From Calditrichia bacterium (GTDB taxonomy: Bacteria > Calditrichota > Calditrichia > JAJRVZ01): 64,000 nt of DNA. Below are positions 42,537-52,908 of this stretch, piece after piece; within the stretch, counting starts at the first letter, position 1, and each line of letters opens with the position of its first letter. The notes beneath the pieces are model-generated. The model did not search any database, was not told where the DNA came from, and saw nothing but the letters and a program-made list of their open reading frames with translations. The position numbers and the translations under genes were made by a program. Where the stretch lies: positions 128,001-192,000 of the forward strand of contig CAWCNS010000005.1 of the NCBI GenBank assembly GCA_963796965.1, in the 5' to 3' direction.

Positions 42537-43733
42537 TTATTTCTCCTCTATAAAATTGAGCCTGGGGCTATAATTATTTTTAAACCATTTTATAAACGCA
42601 TCCCCAAAAGCAATATGTCCATATTTTGTAAAGTGATCATAATAAATTTCATTACCCCGCCCAAACATATCAAGTAATTCCTGGGTTGGATCAATAAATA
42701 TAATATCTTGCTCAGCACAAAAAGATTCTAACCATGATTTCCATGTGTCCTGATCAGAGGAATCTTTACTAATTTCTTTCTCCCTTGGTACGTAAGTGAT
42801 TGCAAATACTTTGTTGCGTTTGATAATACTATCCCGCCAGGTTCTAATGACAACAGATTCCACATTGAGTGCATGGTTTTTTAGGGAATCAGGCCATAAT
42901 GAGGGTAGATCGTTTTGATTTGGAATTTTATTTATTAATGAAGAATTTTTAGACCCTGACATCATTCTGGCACTTTCTTCCATTTCAGTTTTTATGCCAT
43001 ATTTAAAAAGTAGTTTTAATCTTCCAATGATTGTGGCAGCAAGTAAAGAATGTGATGTCATATAGTCAACGAGTTTAAAATGGAAACTCTCCTTACTCTT
43101 TCCTATATGATAAAAAGTGGTATCAATAATAAAACCATCCTGAATTAGGAGTGGATAAGGAATTCCATCCTCTCCCTTTATACTTTTTATCTGATCACCA
43201 ATGTCATTTTCACAGAAAACATAAATAATCATATCAAGATTAAAAAAATCTACCCACCGTTCTGAATTTAAATAAGATTGGAAGGTACTGAAACCATTAA
43301 TTCCAAAAGCCAGACATTCAACATTATAATTTTGATCAGTATTTAAGTTATTTTCAATTAATCTAAAAAAAGTCTGTTCGATTGGTACTTGACTTGCTTG
43401 TGTATAGGAATCACCAAAGAATCCAATCCTATAGGTATGCTTAGTTTTTTCTTTTCTATGTTTGATGTCGAGATAACCCCACTGATTTATCCCTCTTTCT
43501 GCAAAATCTCCTCTATCATTCCGATAAATATTAGTTGAGTGAGGATACAGACCTCCTCCCACCAGTGGATCATATTTGGATACATTGAATTGTACGCCGG
43601 GAATAGAGAATACACGTAATATAGTTTCTCCCAAAATAGAAAAAATAAGCAAACTAAATAAAAGCGTTAAAAATAAGAAAAATCCTTTTTTTAATGCTGA
43701 TAACTTATTTTCTCCTTTAAAATTGTTCCTCAT
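42537..43733 (-). CDS. Membrane-anchored SGNH/GDSL-superfamily protein (AlgJ/DltD/SxtL-like)
   Basis: N-terminal TM (LGETILR), block I FFGDSYT, block II FGINGFS, block III FCENDI, block V YYDHFTKYGH. Confidence 0.82.
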   Translation of the reverse strand: MRNNFKGENKLSALKKGFFLFLTLLFSLLIFSILGETILRVFSIPGVQFNVSKYDPLVGGGLYPHSTNIYRNDRGDFAERGINQWGYLDIKHRKEKTKHTYRIGFFGDSYTQASQVPIEQTFFRLIENNLNTDQNYNVECLAFGINGFSTFQSYLNSERWVDFFNLDMIIYVFCENDIGDQIKSIKGEDGIPYPLLIQDGFIIDTTFYHIGKSKESFHFKLVDYMTSHSLLAATIIGRLKLLFKYGIKTEMEESARMMSGSKNSSLINKIPNQNDLPSLWPDSLKNHALNVESVVIRTWRDSIIKRNKVFAITYVPREKEISKDSSDQDTWKSWLESFCAEQDIIFIDPTQELLDMFGRGNEIYYDHFTKYGHIAFGDAFIKWFKNNYSPRLNFIEEK

Positions 43734-44121
43734 AACTTTCTTCTCTCATATTTTCTAAATTGACATCACGCCAGTAAGATCTTTCTGTAGAATTAAAACG
43801 CATATCCAAGAATTTTTTGCCGGTTAAACGTGCGATAAATCCAATAGGAGTGAAAATAAAATAAAATAAGATCGATAGAATAATTCTAGTCATTACCCAG
43901 CCAACACCAAAACCAATGTAAAGGAATATAATATAAACAGGTTTCATTATTACGGGAAATATCAGACGAATTAATATTAGTATTAGTGATGAAGCACTAA
44001 AATACTTATATAGATCATTATCTAGATAGAATTGTATTGATGCGATACCAAAAAATATTATACTTAATCCAACAGTAAATTTTTTTATTTCTTTAACATC
44101 ATTAAATTTTGATTTATCCAT
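43717..44121 (-). CDS. SxtJ-family membrane protein
   Basis: EIKKF...PVYII...GWVMTRIILSILFYFIFTPIG...SYW...YEEQF; directly follows the carbamoyltransferase. Confidence 0.85.
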   Translation of the reverse strand: MDKSKFNDVKEIKKFTVGLSIIFFGIASIQFYLDNDLYKYFSASSLILILIRLIFPVIMKPVYIIFLYIGFGVGWVMTRIILSILFYFIFTPIGFIARLTGKKFLDMRFNSTERSYWRDVNLENMREESYEEQF

Positions 44122-44130
44122 TTCATTCTC

Positions 44131-45952
44131 CTAATCCAGTTCGAACTCTTCTCTCCAGTCAATTTCATCCATAAAATCTGGCTGTTTTTCTTTATTAATT
44201 AAATAATTTCCTAAAACTAAGTAGTCCATTTCCGTTCTCATAAAGCACTTATAAGCGTCTATCGGAGTACAGACAATCGGCTCTCCTCTTACATTAAAAG
44301 ATGTATTTATTATGACAGGACATCCTGTAATTTCATGAAATACCTTTATCAAATTCCAAAAGGTTGGATTGGTTCCTCTATGAATGGTTTGTAGTCTGGC
44401 GGAGTAATCGACATGGGTAACAGCAGGAATATTCGATCTAACGACATTTAGTTTATTTATACCAAATAATGATTTTTCATTCTTCTGTCATTTCTCTTCT
44501 TATACTTTCTTTGACATCCGCAACTAAAAGCATATAGGGACTATATTTTTCGAAATCAAAATAGTTGTTTACCTCCTCTGCCAAAACAGCAGGTGCGAAA
44601 GGTCTGAAAGATTCTCTATATTTAATTTTTAGATTCATTTTTTTCTGCATGGAAGGAGACCGGGCATCTCCTAAAATACTTCGTGAACCAAGCGCTCTTG
44701 GGCCAAATTCCATCCTTCCCTGAAACCATCCAATTATGTTTTCTTCAGCAAGTAATTTTGAAATCTTTGAAGATAGTTCGTCTGGAGACAATTTAGTATA
44801 GGGGATATTATGATTCTCAACAAATTCTAATATCTCATCATTATCATATTCAGGACCAAGATAAGATCCATTTTGAAGATCATTTATATTGTCAAATCTA
44901 CGTGCATTTCCTAAATAATCATACCAAATGCATAATGCTGCTCCTAGAGCACCACCCGCATCTCCAGCCGCCGGTTGAATCCAAATATCTTTAAATATAC
45001 CTTCTCTTAATAACTTCCCATTAGCGACGCAATTTAAAGCAACGCCGCCAGCTAGGCATAGGTTCTCGGCATTAGTAATACTTTTAGTGTAGGATGCAAT
45101 TTTTAACATTGCCAGTTCTGTGACCTCTTGTGCAGAACGGGCAATGTCCATTTCTCTTTGGGTTAACTCCGTTTCTTTTTTTCTCGACGGGCCACCGAAT
45201 AATTTATCAAACTCTCTGTTTGTCATGGTTAATCCGGCGGCAAAATTAAAATATTTCATATTTAATTTAAAAGAACCGTCTTCCTTAAGATCAATCAGAT
45301 TATCCAATATAGTCTGGACATATTTTGGCTCGCCATAGGGAGCAAGACCCATTAATTTATATTCACCTGAATTTACTTTAAATCCGGTGTAATAAGTAAA
45401 AGCTGAGTACAACATACCTAGGGAATGTGGAAAATGAATCTCTTTTAGTATCTTGAAATTATTGTTTTTTCCTAAACCAATGCTTGTCGTTGTCCATTCC
45501 CCAACACCATCTGTGGTTATAATAGCTGCTTCTTCAAATGGTGATGGAAAAAAAGCGGAAGCCGCATGAGATTGATGGTGAGCAGGGAATAGAATTTTTC
45601 CTTCAAAGCCATTTAATTCATCTTGAATGATGCTTTTTATCCAAATCTTTTGTTTAATCCAAATTGGAATTGCTTTAATAAATGATTTATAACCTCGGGG
45701 TGCATATTGGAGATATGTTTCTAATATCCGTTCGAATTTTAAAAATGGCTTGTCATAAAAGCTTATATAGGTAATATCTTTAGGTTCAATATTACATTCT
45801 TTCAGACAGTATTGAATTGCCCGGTGAGGAAAACTCTGATCGTGTTTTTTTCGTGTAAATCTTTCCTCTTGAGCAGCTGCTACAATTTCCCCATCCTTGA
45901 TGATGGCAGCAGCACTGTCATGGTAAAATGCTGAAATACCAAGTATTATCAT
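44131..45952 (-). CDS. O-carbamoyltransferase (NodU/CmcH/TobZ/SxtI family); indel near 44480
   Basis: ILGISAFYHDSAA, AQEERFTRKKHD, HHQSHAASAF, DGVGEW, GEYKLMGLAPYG, GGVALN, GRMEFGPRALG, RESFRPFAP; other frame LFGINKLNVVRSNIPAVTHVDYSAR...NTSFNVRGEP...EFELD*. Confidence 0.93.
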
Positions 45953-46198
45953 CTATATTCTCCAATCATTTATAATTTTAGTAAGAAAAATTGCTCGATC
46001 AATTAGTAAACTGACACGATAATTGATTCGAATATTATTAATATTCAGGTCTTAACAATCTCCAATGATTTTATGATTCTGTATATTCATGTTATTTGAT
46101 AGCAAGCAATGTGATAGAACGCACTAAAAAATGATATGAATATTATTCTCCTAATAAATTTTTAACGAGTAGGTCCTACAAATATATATAAAATAAAA

Positions 46199-46215
46199 TC
46201 GGCACATTATTTGCT
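46199..46215 (+). promoter_or_regulatory. Putative sigma54 (-24/-12) promoter upstream of the lyase gene
   Basis: TCGGCACATTATTTGCT: GG-N10-GC with GGCAC and TTGC boxes. Confidence 0.5.
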
Positions 46216-46420
46216 TATAAGATAATTATAAAATTTAATGCTCTGACAATTTACAATGAGACCCGAATGTATTGAATGTGCTTAATGATTACTTTAAGAT
46301 GAGGTGTGCAAATAGTTTACAAAATGGTTGAATTTAAAATCTTTGGATTATATACTAAAGATAGACATGAAATGAAAAAATTAAATTGTTTGGGCGTTTA
46401 AACTCATCAAGGATAGTTTC

Positions 46421-47803
46421 TTGCACAGGAGAATTTTATATATGTTTACATTATTTAACAAAAATTGGATAAAGGTAATAATATGGTTAAATCTAATATT
46501 CTCTACTTATACATTTGCACAAATAAAAGCATTTCCAGGAGCCGAAGGATTTGGACAATTTTCAGTCGGCGGGCGCGGCGGTAAAATAATCGAGGTCACA
46601 AATCTAAATGATTCAGGTGCGGGTAGTTTTAGAGAAGCATGTCAATTTTCTGGTCCACGCATTATTATATTCCGGGTTGGGGGAGCGATAAAAATATTAA
46701 AAGATATTAAAATTAAAAATCCATTTATTACAATTGCTGCACAAACAGCACCTGGAGATGGTGTTTACATCCGCGGGGCTTCAATTCGAATTTTGACCCA
46801 CGATGTCATAATTAGAGGATTACGCCTAAGAGTTGGCGATGAAACAGATGGGCCAGCTTATGATAATCGTGATGGATTCGGTATGCAGCATCCGGATATT
46901 CCACCGTATAATATAATTATTGATCATTGTTCGGTTAGTTGGGCCCTTGATGAAAACTTTGCAACATGGAGAGCTGTTAATAATATTACTATCCAATGGT
47001 GCATCATTAGTGAAGGGCTATTTAATAGTCCGAATCCTGAGAAACCCCATAGTATGGGATTCTTAGTAAATGAAGGCGCAGATCAAATTTCTATTCACCA
47101 TAATTTATTCGCTCATAATATGGGCCGAAATCCCCGTCTGAGTTTTAATAAGAATATTGAAGTAATTAATAATTTAGTATATAACTGGATGTATTATGGA
47201 CTTGATGTTGAAGGCTCGATTGTTAATATTATTGGCAACTATTATAAACCTGGAAAAGACTCAGGTGAGAGGAAGGGAATCACGGTTAGAGATAATCCAG
47301 GCAATCTAGTATTTATCAAAGATAATATTGGTCCTGGTCAGCTTGCAGGGCCTGATGATGATTGGTCTGTTGTCAAAGGGTCCGAGGAATATCACGCTGA
47401 TTTCCCGGTTGCTGCCCAATCAAATATTACTATTGATCCATCTAATATGGTTTATAATTTAGTTTTGAATAATGTTGGAGCGATAGTGCCCGCGCTCGAT
47501 CCTGTTGATAAACGAATTGTAGAATCGGTTATAAATAGCACTGGTTCTATGATCGATTCACAATATGAAGTTGGTGGTTGGCCAGAATTTCGATCGGGAC
47601 TACCACCTCGGGATTCTGATCATGATGGGATGCCAGATAATTGGGAGACAGATCATGGACTCGACCCTAACGATCCAAACGATGGAAATATAATTCAAGA
47701 TCAATTTGGCTATACAAATGTTGAACGTTATATCAATGATTTATTCCCCAACCTGTTTCGGGAAGGCCCTGTTTATCCATCAAATATAAAAATTAAGAAT
47801 TAG
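46421..47803 (+). CDS. Secreted pectate-lyase-like (PL1-type beta-helix) polysaccharide lyase
   Basis: Signal peptide ending TFA-Q; AFPGAEGFG, GGRGG, VTNLNDSGAGSFR, AQTAPGDG, IDHCSVSWALDE, HHNLFAHN.GRNP, DSDHDGMPDNWE. Confidence 0.88.
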   Translation: MHRRILYMFTLFNKNWIKVIIWLNLIFSTYTFAQIKAFPGAEGFGQFSVGGRGGKIIEVTNLNDSGAGSFREACQFSGPRIIIFRVGGAIKILKDIKIKNPFITIAAQTAPGDGVYIRGASIRILTHDVIIRGLRLRVGDETDGPAYDNRDGFGMQHPDIPPYNIIIDHCSVSWALDENFATWRAVNNITIQWCIISEGLFNSPNPEKPHSMGFLVNEGADQISIHHNLFAHNMGRNPRLSFNKNIEVINNLVYNWMYYGLDVEGSIVNIIGNYYKPGKDSGERKGITVRDNPGNLVFIKDNIGPGQLAGPDDDWSVVKGSEEYHADFPVAAQSNITIDPSNMVYNLVLNNVGAIVPALDPVDKRIVESVINSTGSMIDSQYEVGGWPEFRSGLPPRDSDHDGMPDNWETDHGLDPNDPNDGNIIQDQFGYTNVERYINDLFPNLFREGPVYPSNIKIKN

Positions 47804-47933
47804 CTGCAATTAGTTTGGCTTGAAAGAATCTATTAAATATTTGCCGTTCCTTAAATTGCAAAAATTTGTTTTAATTGAAATCCTTCTGCTGATCCCTTGC
47901 TTATTCAATATTTAGTGTAGTACTTCTATTACT

Positions 47934-49357
47934 TTAATTTTTTATATTTGAAAAGTAGTTGTCCTTATTTAGTTTAGAAATTATCCAACGACGTTTTGCG
48001 GTTGTATCATCATAAATAGATTCATGAATTTCAACTTCAATATTTAATCTGTCACCAAGACATTTTCTTAGGTTTGACTCCAGCACATTCTTGTCTATTC
48101 CTCTGGTTTCTACGTTTTTTGTGATCTTTACTATAACCCAATCGATATCTTCCTGGATAATTTGAGATTCTTTTAAATTATCAATTCCATGGAATGCACC
48201 CATTATACCGTTTCCTGGTATAATTCTACCATCAGGAGTCAAGATTGTATCAGCAATCCTGCCTTCGATGGATCTAAGCAAGGGCATATTTCTCCCGCAT
48301 CTGCATTTCGAAGGACTCATCTTTGCGATATCACCAGTTTGATATCGTATTAAAGGCATGGCAAAATTGTTTAATCCTGTCCCCAAAATTGCACCAATAT
48401 CATTTGTCTCACTATTTGTTTCATTATTTACTAATTCGAATACACCATATTCTGGATTGATATGCAATCCCTGATGTTCCTGGCATTCAGTTGCTGCTAC
48501 TACTCTTTCTGCCTGACCATACAAATCAAATACTTTTGATGCAAAGCTCTCTCAATTTCCTGCTTGTGGATGGCATATAAGGGTTCTGAAGATGTGAAAA
48601 TTGCTTTTACTGGAAGTACTTTCCCGGTCGCTAAGAGATATTTGGCTAATATAAGTAAGGTTGATGGAAATGCTTCCATAAAATCCGGATTAAATTCTTC
48701 TAATTTTTCAAGATATAGAGGTAGTGTTTCATTCGACATATGGAAGTAGGAGAACAATAGCTGATTGTCGGATCTGTTATATCTCCAATAAGGAGGGTGT
48801 TTAATCGATGAATGAACAATAAGGTTATCCCAAATAGTACCCCAAATGGCAACCTTTCTACTATTTTCATTAATCCCGGCTATTCTCCTTTGCCGCCATA
48901 TCATAGCATTCTCAAATACTATCGATTTTTTATCACGATAGGCATTAATAGGTGTCCCCGTTGTCCCGGTCGTCCAGCCGGGTGCTAAAAACTTTTTATT
49001 AATGTTTCTGGCAATAAATTCTTGTGGTTGCGCTCTTAAAGTTTCCTTCGTTAAAATAGGTATTTTTTCTAAATCATTGGTGGATTTAATATCTGCGGGC
49101 TTTATATTGTGTTCATTAAATAATTTTTCATAATATGGAACATTCTCATAAGCATGCTGAATCAGTTGTTTAAGTTTCCTATATTGATATTCTTCATATT
49201 CATCTTTTGAATACCATTGCGTTTTCTCAAGTTCTTCCAATTCTTGATAAAACTGATTGCTAAATTTAATGCGCTTTACGGCATATCCCTTAACTGTAAA
49301 GAAAAGATTTTGAGTATGATAGGCCATTTTTGAATACAATTTTGAACTTAACATCAT
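47934..49357 (-). CDS. Phenylacetate-CoA-ligase-like adenylate-forming enzyme (CapK type); indel near 48535
   Basis: AYENVPYY, IPILTKE, TTGTTGTP, YGQAE, MPLIRYQTGD, CRCGR, IEGR. Confidence 0.85.
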
Positions 49358-49378
49358 AATTTTTATTCCTGCCTGTAA

Positions 49379-50590
49379 TTATTTGAAATAAATTGGAGCA
49401 ATTCGCTTTGTAATCATTTCGGGGATTAAACCATTATTAAATAGTTGTATGGCAACCCTTGATACTCTATTTTTAATAGATCTTTTTTGCATCATCTTTT
49501 GAATTGTCTGAAAATTATTAATAGAATATTTTTCTGCGATTTCCGAGGGGATTTTATTTAGTCTGATAGATTCCTGAACAAGGTTTATGATTTGTTTTTT
49601 AAATTTTTTCCTAAAATATTGCTCAATAAAATTATGATCAACACCGGTTATCTCGATCTTGTTGCCCAGAACACCCCCATAGTTAGCTGTGAAAAATGGA
49701 ATTGAAATAATATTCCTTTTAGCTAGTATTTCTTCTGCTTCTCTGGTGATTGCAATATTTGCCCCTGGGACTATAATCCGAGCCTGAATGCTATTAACAT
49801 TTTCTTCATTTATTGTATATGGTCCACCACACTGGGATAAAATATCCACATTAAGTGTCAATAATTCTTTGATAGGTAATTCTTCTGCTTCTTTATATCT
49901 TTTCACGAGATCATCACCGTGCAACTTTTTAAGTTCCATCAGCTTATCAATTATTAATCCGTTTTTATTGTAAATGGCCCCTTTTTCAGTGGAGATTGCC
50001 ACGAGCTTAGCGTCATATCTTTTGGCCATCAACAAAGCATATGAGCTGCCGACAGATCCAAAACCTTCAATGGCAACTGTTTTCTTTGCTAGTTTAAGAT
50101 TTATTACATCCGATGCAGCTTCAGTTGCGACTAAGACCGAGAGTGCTGTAAAGAAGCCAGAATTATGCCCGCTATTGCGCCTACGTCTTGGGATATTCAA
50201 GTTAAGATTTCTTAACATATCATTAATCATGCTCTGCGTCGTACCTATGTCCGGGCCTGTTATATAATAATTGGTTTCAAGAAGCGGCTTAATCAATTGT
50301 CCAAACCGAATTAATAATTCTTTTTTTATACTTGATTCGGTATTTAAATCTGCTACAATGCCGGCCTTTGCTCCACCCTGTGCAGTCTGAGTAAATCCGT
50401 ATTTTAGCGTCATACCACGGGCAAGTCCTTTCAATTCATCAATATTCATTTTTGAATGCATTCTCAGGCCACCACAAGAACGATTGTTTACTGTTCTATC
50501 AATAACAACATATCCGAGAAGACCTACGGACTTATCTTCAACAATACAAATAAAATCAGGATTAAGGTGATTTGTATTATCTGTTGACAT
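49379..50590 (-). CDS. Glu/Leu/Phe/Val dehydrogenase family protein
   Basis: GGLRM, LARGMTLK, GGAKAGI, GPDIGT, IEGFGSVG, GAN, ANYGGV. Confidence 0.85.
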   Translation of the reverse strand: MSTDNTNHLNPDFICIVEDKSVGLLGYVVIDRTVNNRSCGGLRMHSKMNIDELKGLARGMTLKYGFTQTAQGGAKAGIVADLNTESSIKKELLIRFGQLIKPLLETNYYITGPDIGTTQSMINDMLRNLNLNIPRRRRNSGHNSGFFTALSVLVATEAASDVINLKLAKKTVAIEGFGSVGSSYALLMAKRYDAKLVAISTEKGAIYNKNGLIIDKLMELKKLHGDDLVKRYKEAEELPIKELLTLNVDILSQCGGPYTINEENVNSIQARIIVPGANIAITREAEEILAKRNIISIPFFTANYGGVLGNKIEITGVDHNFIEQYFRKKFKKQIINLVQESIRLNKIPSEIAEKYSINNFQTIQKMMQKRSIKNRVSRVAIQLFNNGLIPEMITKRIAPIYFK

Positions 50591-50655
50591 AATATTAATG
50601 CTCCTTCCAACTATTTGCGATTTTAGAATAAGATTAGTAGCCCCTAAACTCGGGA

Positions 50656-51712
50656 TTAACTATTCAGGATAGATGAATATTTAATATCGTAATCTTTAAC
50701 AATTTGGCTAATCTCAAATTTTTTTTCAGCTATTTCCCTGCCTTTTTCTCCCATCTTTCTTCTCATGTTTTCATTTTGTGCTAATAACTTAATTTTCCTG
50801 GAAAATTGTTCTACATCTCCTGGTGGAATTAAAAATCCGTTCTCATTATCCTCAATAATCTCTGAGATACATCCTATGGGGGATGAAACTGCAGGAATTC
50901 CATAACTAATCGCTTCAAGTATGGACATCGGTAGTCCTTCACCCTTGGATGGTAAAAAATAAATGTCGGCTTGTCTTAATTCTTTTTCTCTGGATTTTTC
51001 GTCAATCCAACCCAGGAATCGTACTTCATTAGTGTATGCCAAAGTCTTTTGCTATATCCCGATATTTGCCAATATCACCATTGCCACCAATCCTAAACTG
51101 TATGTTATTTCCAACAAGAATTTGGGCAACTTTAAGAAGATCCTCAGTTCCTTTCCTCTCACCTAGTTCACCCAATGTTAGCACTGTGATGATCTGCTTT
51201 GGGCTGATTCTGGGTGTGGAAATTGAGGGTAGAAGTACAGGATTATAACTAAAGCGCACAGGCGTGACGGTCCATTTCTGCAAATCATGTGCTAATGTAT
51301 CACAAAGCGTAAAGATTAAATCGTATAAGTCAAAAAGTTTTATTATAGTTCTTCGTTTTAAAGTGGATATTTTTTCTAAATGATTATCGATGCAGGGGGA
51401 ATGCATATGATAGACCACTTTTTTTTTGAACAGTTTACCTATAATTAAAAAATATCCTTTTCTTAGGAAACTCATTCTCATGCTACCATGTATGTCAACA
51501 AGATCTATCCTTTGTGTGAATAAAATAAATGGATATAAAAAATAGGATTGAATGATATACCATGATTTTATCACTGCATTTCCATCCCTGTGAGATGAGA
51601 GATGATATAGCTTGTATTTTTTATTTAATTCGGAGGAAAATAATAGTTTTAAGACAGAAGATATACCACCACGTGTGCTTAAGCTAGTACTAATAACTAA
51701 AATATTTTTCAT
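50656..51712 (-). CDS. GT4-family glycosyltransferase (indel near 51035)
   Basis: GGISS, LGERKG, LPSKGEGLPMSILEA, NGFLIPPGD. Confidence 0.88.
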
Positions 51713-52829
51713 ATTTATTCCTATATTTTGAATACCTTAAATGCTGGGAAAGTGAATACATAAATTCTTTTTTAGTTTTATAAGGTCCACATATGGTTTG
51801 TATACCATTTAACTGATAATTACTGTTCGCTTCAATAATCAACGGGCCATTAGCTGTTACAGCCACATCCCATCCGATCGAATTAAGTCCGGGGAAAAGA
51901 ATTGCTGATTCTACAACTAATTTCTTAAGATGATCCCAGTTTGGAATTTTATGCGATTCAAAAACAAAGTTGGTGTCGGGATGTGATTCATATTGTTGAA
52001 GGTAATCATCATATCCGTATTTTTTAAATTTTCCGGTTTCCAACTCAATTTCTACTGCTAACCCTCCTGCACTAACATTGTCTATTTCTTTGCCTCCTCG
52101 TCCCATCCTCAAATATGCAGCACCATTTATAACTTCACCATTTATACTGCGAAGCGTGTCAATCCTCACCGTATTTACAGAATGTGGATATATCTTAGAT
52201 TGAGCCGGATGTTGTATTACCATTTCCTCAAACAAAAGTTCTTTAAATTTAAGGCTTTTTATATATTCAATTATCTCGTCCAAAGCAAATTTTTCTCCGT
52301 CAATTGAATAAATGTTGTTATAAGCTTCTATAATTTTAATAATTTTTACCCCATTTCCATGACCTTGCCCGCAAATTGGCTTAACTACAAAATTATTTGA
52401 AATCGAAGGTAAAAAAATCTCTAGGTCTCCTATAAAATGATTACGATCGTTATAACAACCAATATTTTTTAAGTATCGGCCATGAATATTGGTAGCAGAG
52501 AGACCACCCCATTTTAGAATTAGATTAGTTATAAATTTATTGTCGACAATATTTGTGGATTTCTTATCGTTAAGCACGTCATCCCTAAATTTATCGAAGA
52601 GATTTCCGGGAATATAATTCACTATCTCTCTGACATCTTTATTTATTTGGAATCCTTCGTATTTAAAATAATTATGAGGCCAATATTTTATCTTAGAACT
52701 AAGCCAGAGTGATTCATAAATACATATCAGAATGTTTTTTCTATCTTTGCGTTGCAACGCGGGTTTTAGATACTCTCTATAGAAATTTATCAGAAGTGAG
52801 ATGTTTAATTGTCTAAATAATATAGACAT
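51690..52829 (-). CDS. Sugar-transfer-associated ATP-grasp domain protein
   Basis: DNK, VVKP, QHP..SKIYPHSVNTVR, LRMGR, DNVSAGG, HPDT, GWDVAVT..GPLIIEAN. Confidence 0.82.
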   Translation of the reverse strand: MSILFRQLNISLLINFYREYLKPALQRKDRKNILICIYESLWLSSKIKYWPHNYFKYEGFQINKDVREIVNYIPGNLFDKFRDDVLNDKKSTNIVDNKFITNLILKWGGLSATNIHGRYLKNIGCYNDRNHFIGDLEIFLPSISNNFVVKPICGQGHGNGVKIIKIIEAYNNIYSIDGEKFALDEIIEYIKSLKFKELLFEEMVIQHPAQSKIYPHSVNTVRIDTLRSINGEVINGAAYLRMGRGGKEIDNVSAGGLAVEIELETGKFKKYGYDDYLQQYESHPDTNFVFESHKIPNWDHLKKLVVESAILFPGLNSIGWDVAVTANGPLIIEANSNYQLNGIQTICGPYKTKKEFMYSLSQHLRYSKYRNKYEKYFSY

Positions 52830-52908
52830 ATTTTTATCCTTTTATCACAATAAATTAATCATGAAACTAATAGGTGTGATCAAGCATTTTAGCGAGAATT
52901 TAGAAGTA

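Noticed and set aside
42377..45952. Saxitoxin biosynthesis cluster (sxtI/J/K/L-like genes)
   Set aside because: No sxtA, sxtG, sxtB or other core genes in the window; the context is a Wzx/Wzy polysaccharide locus.
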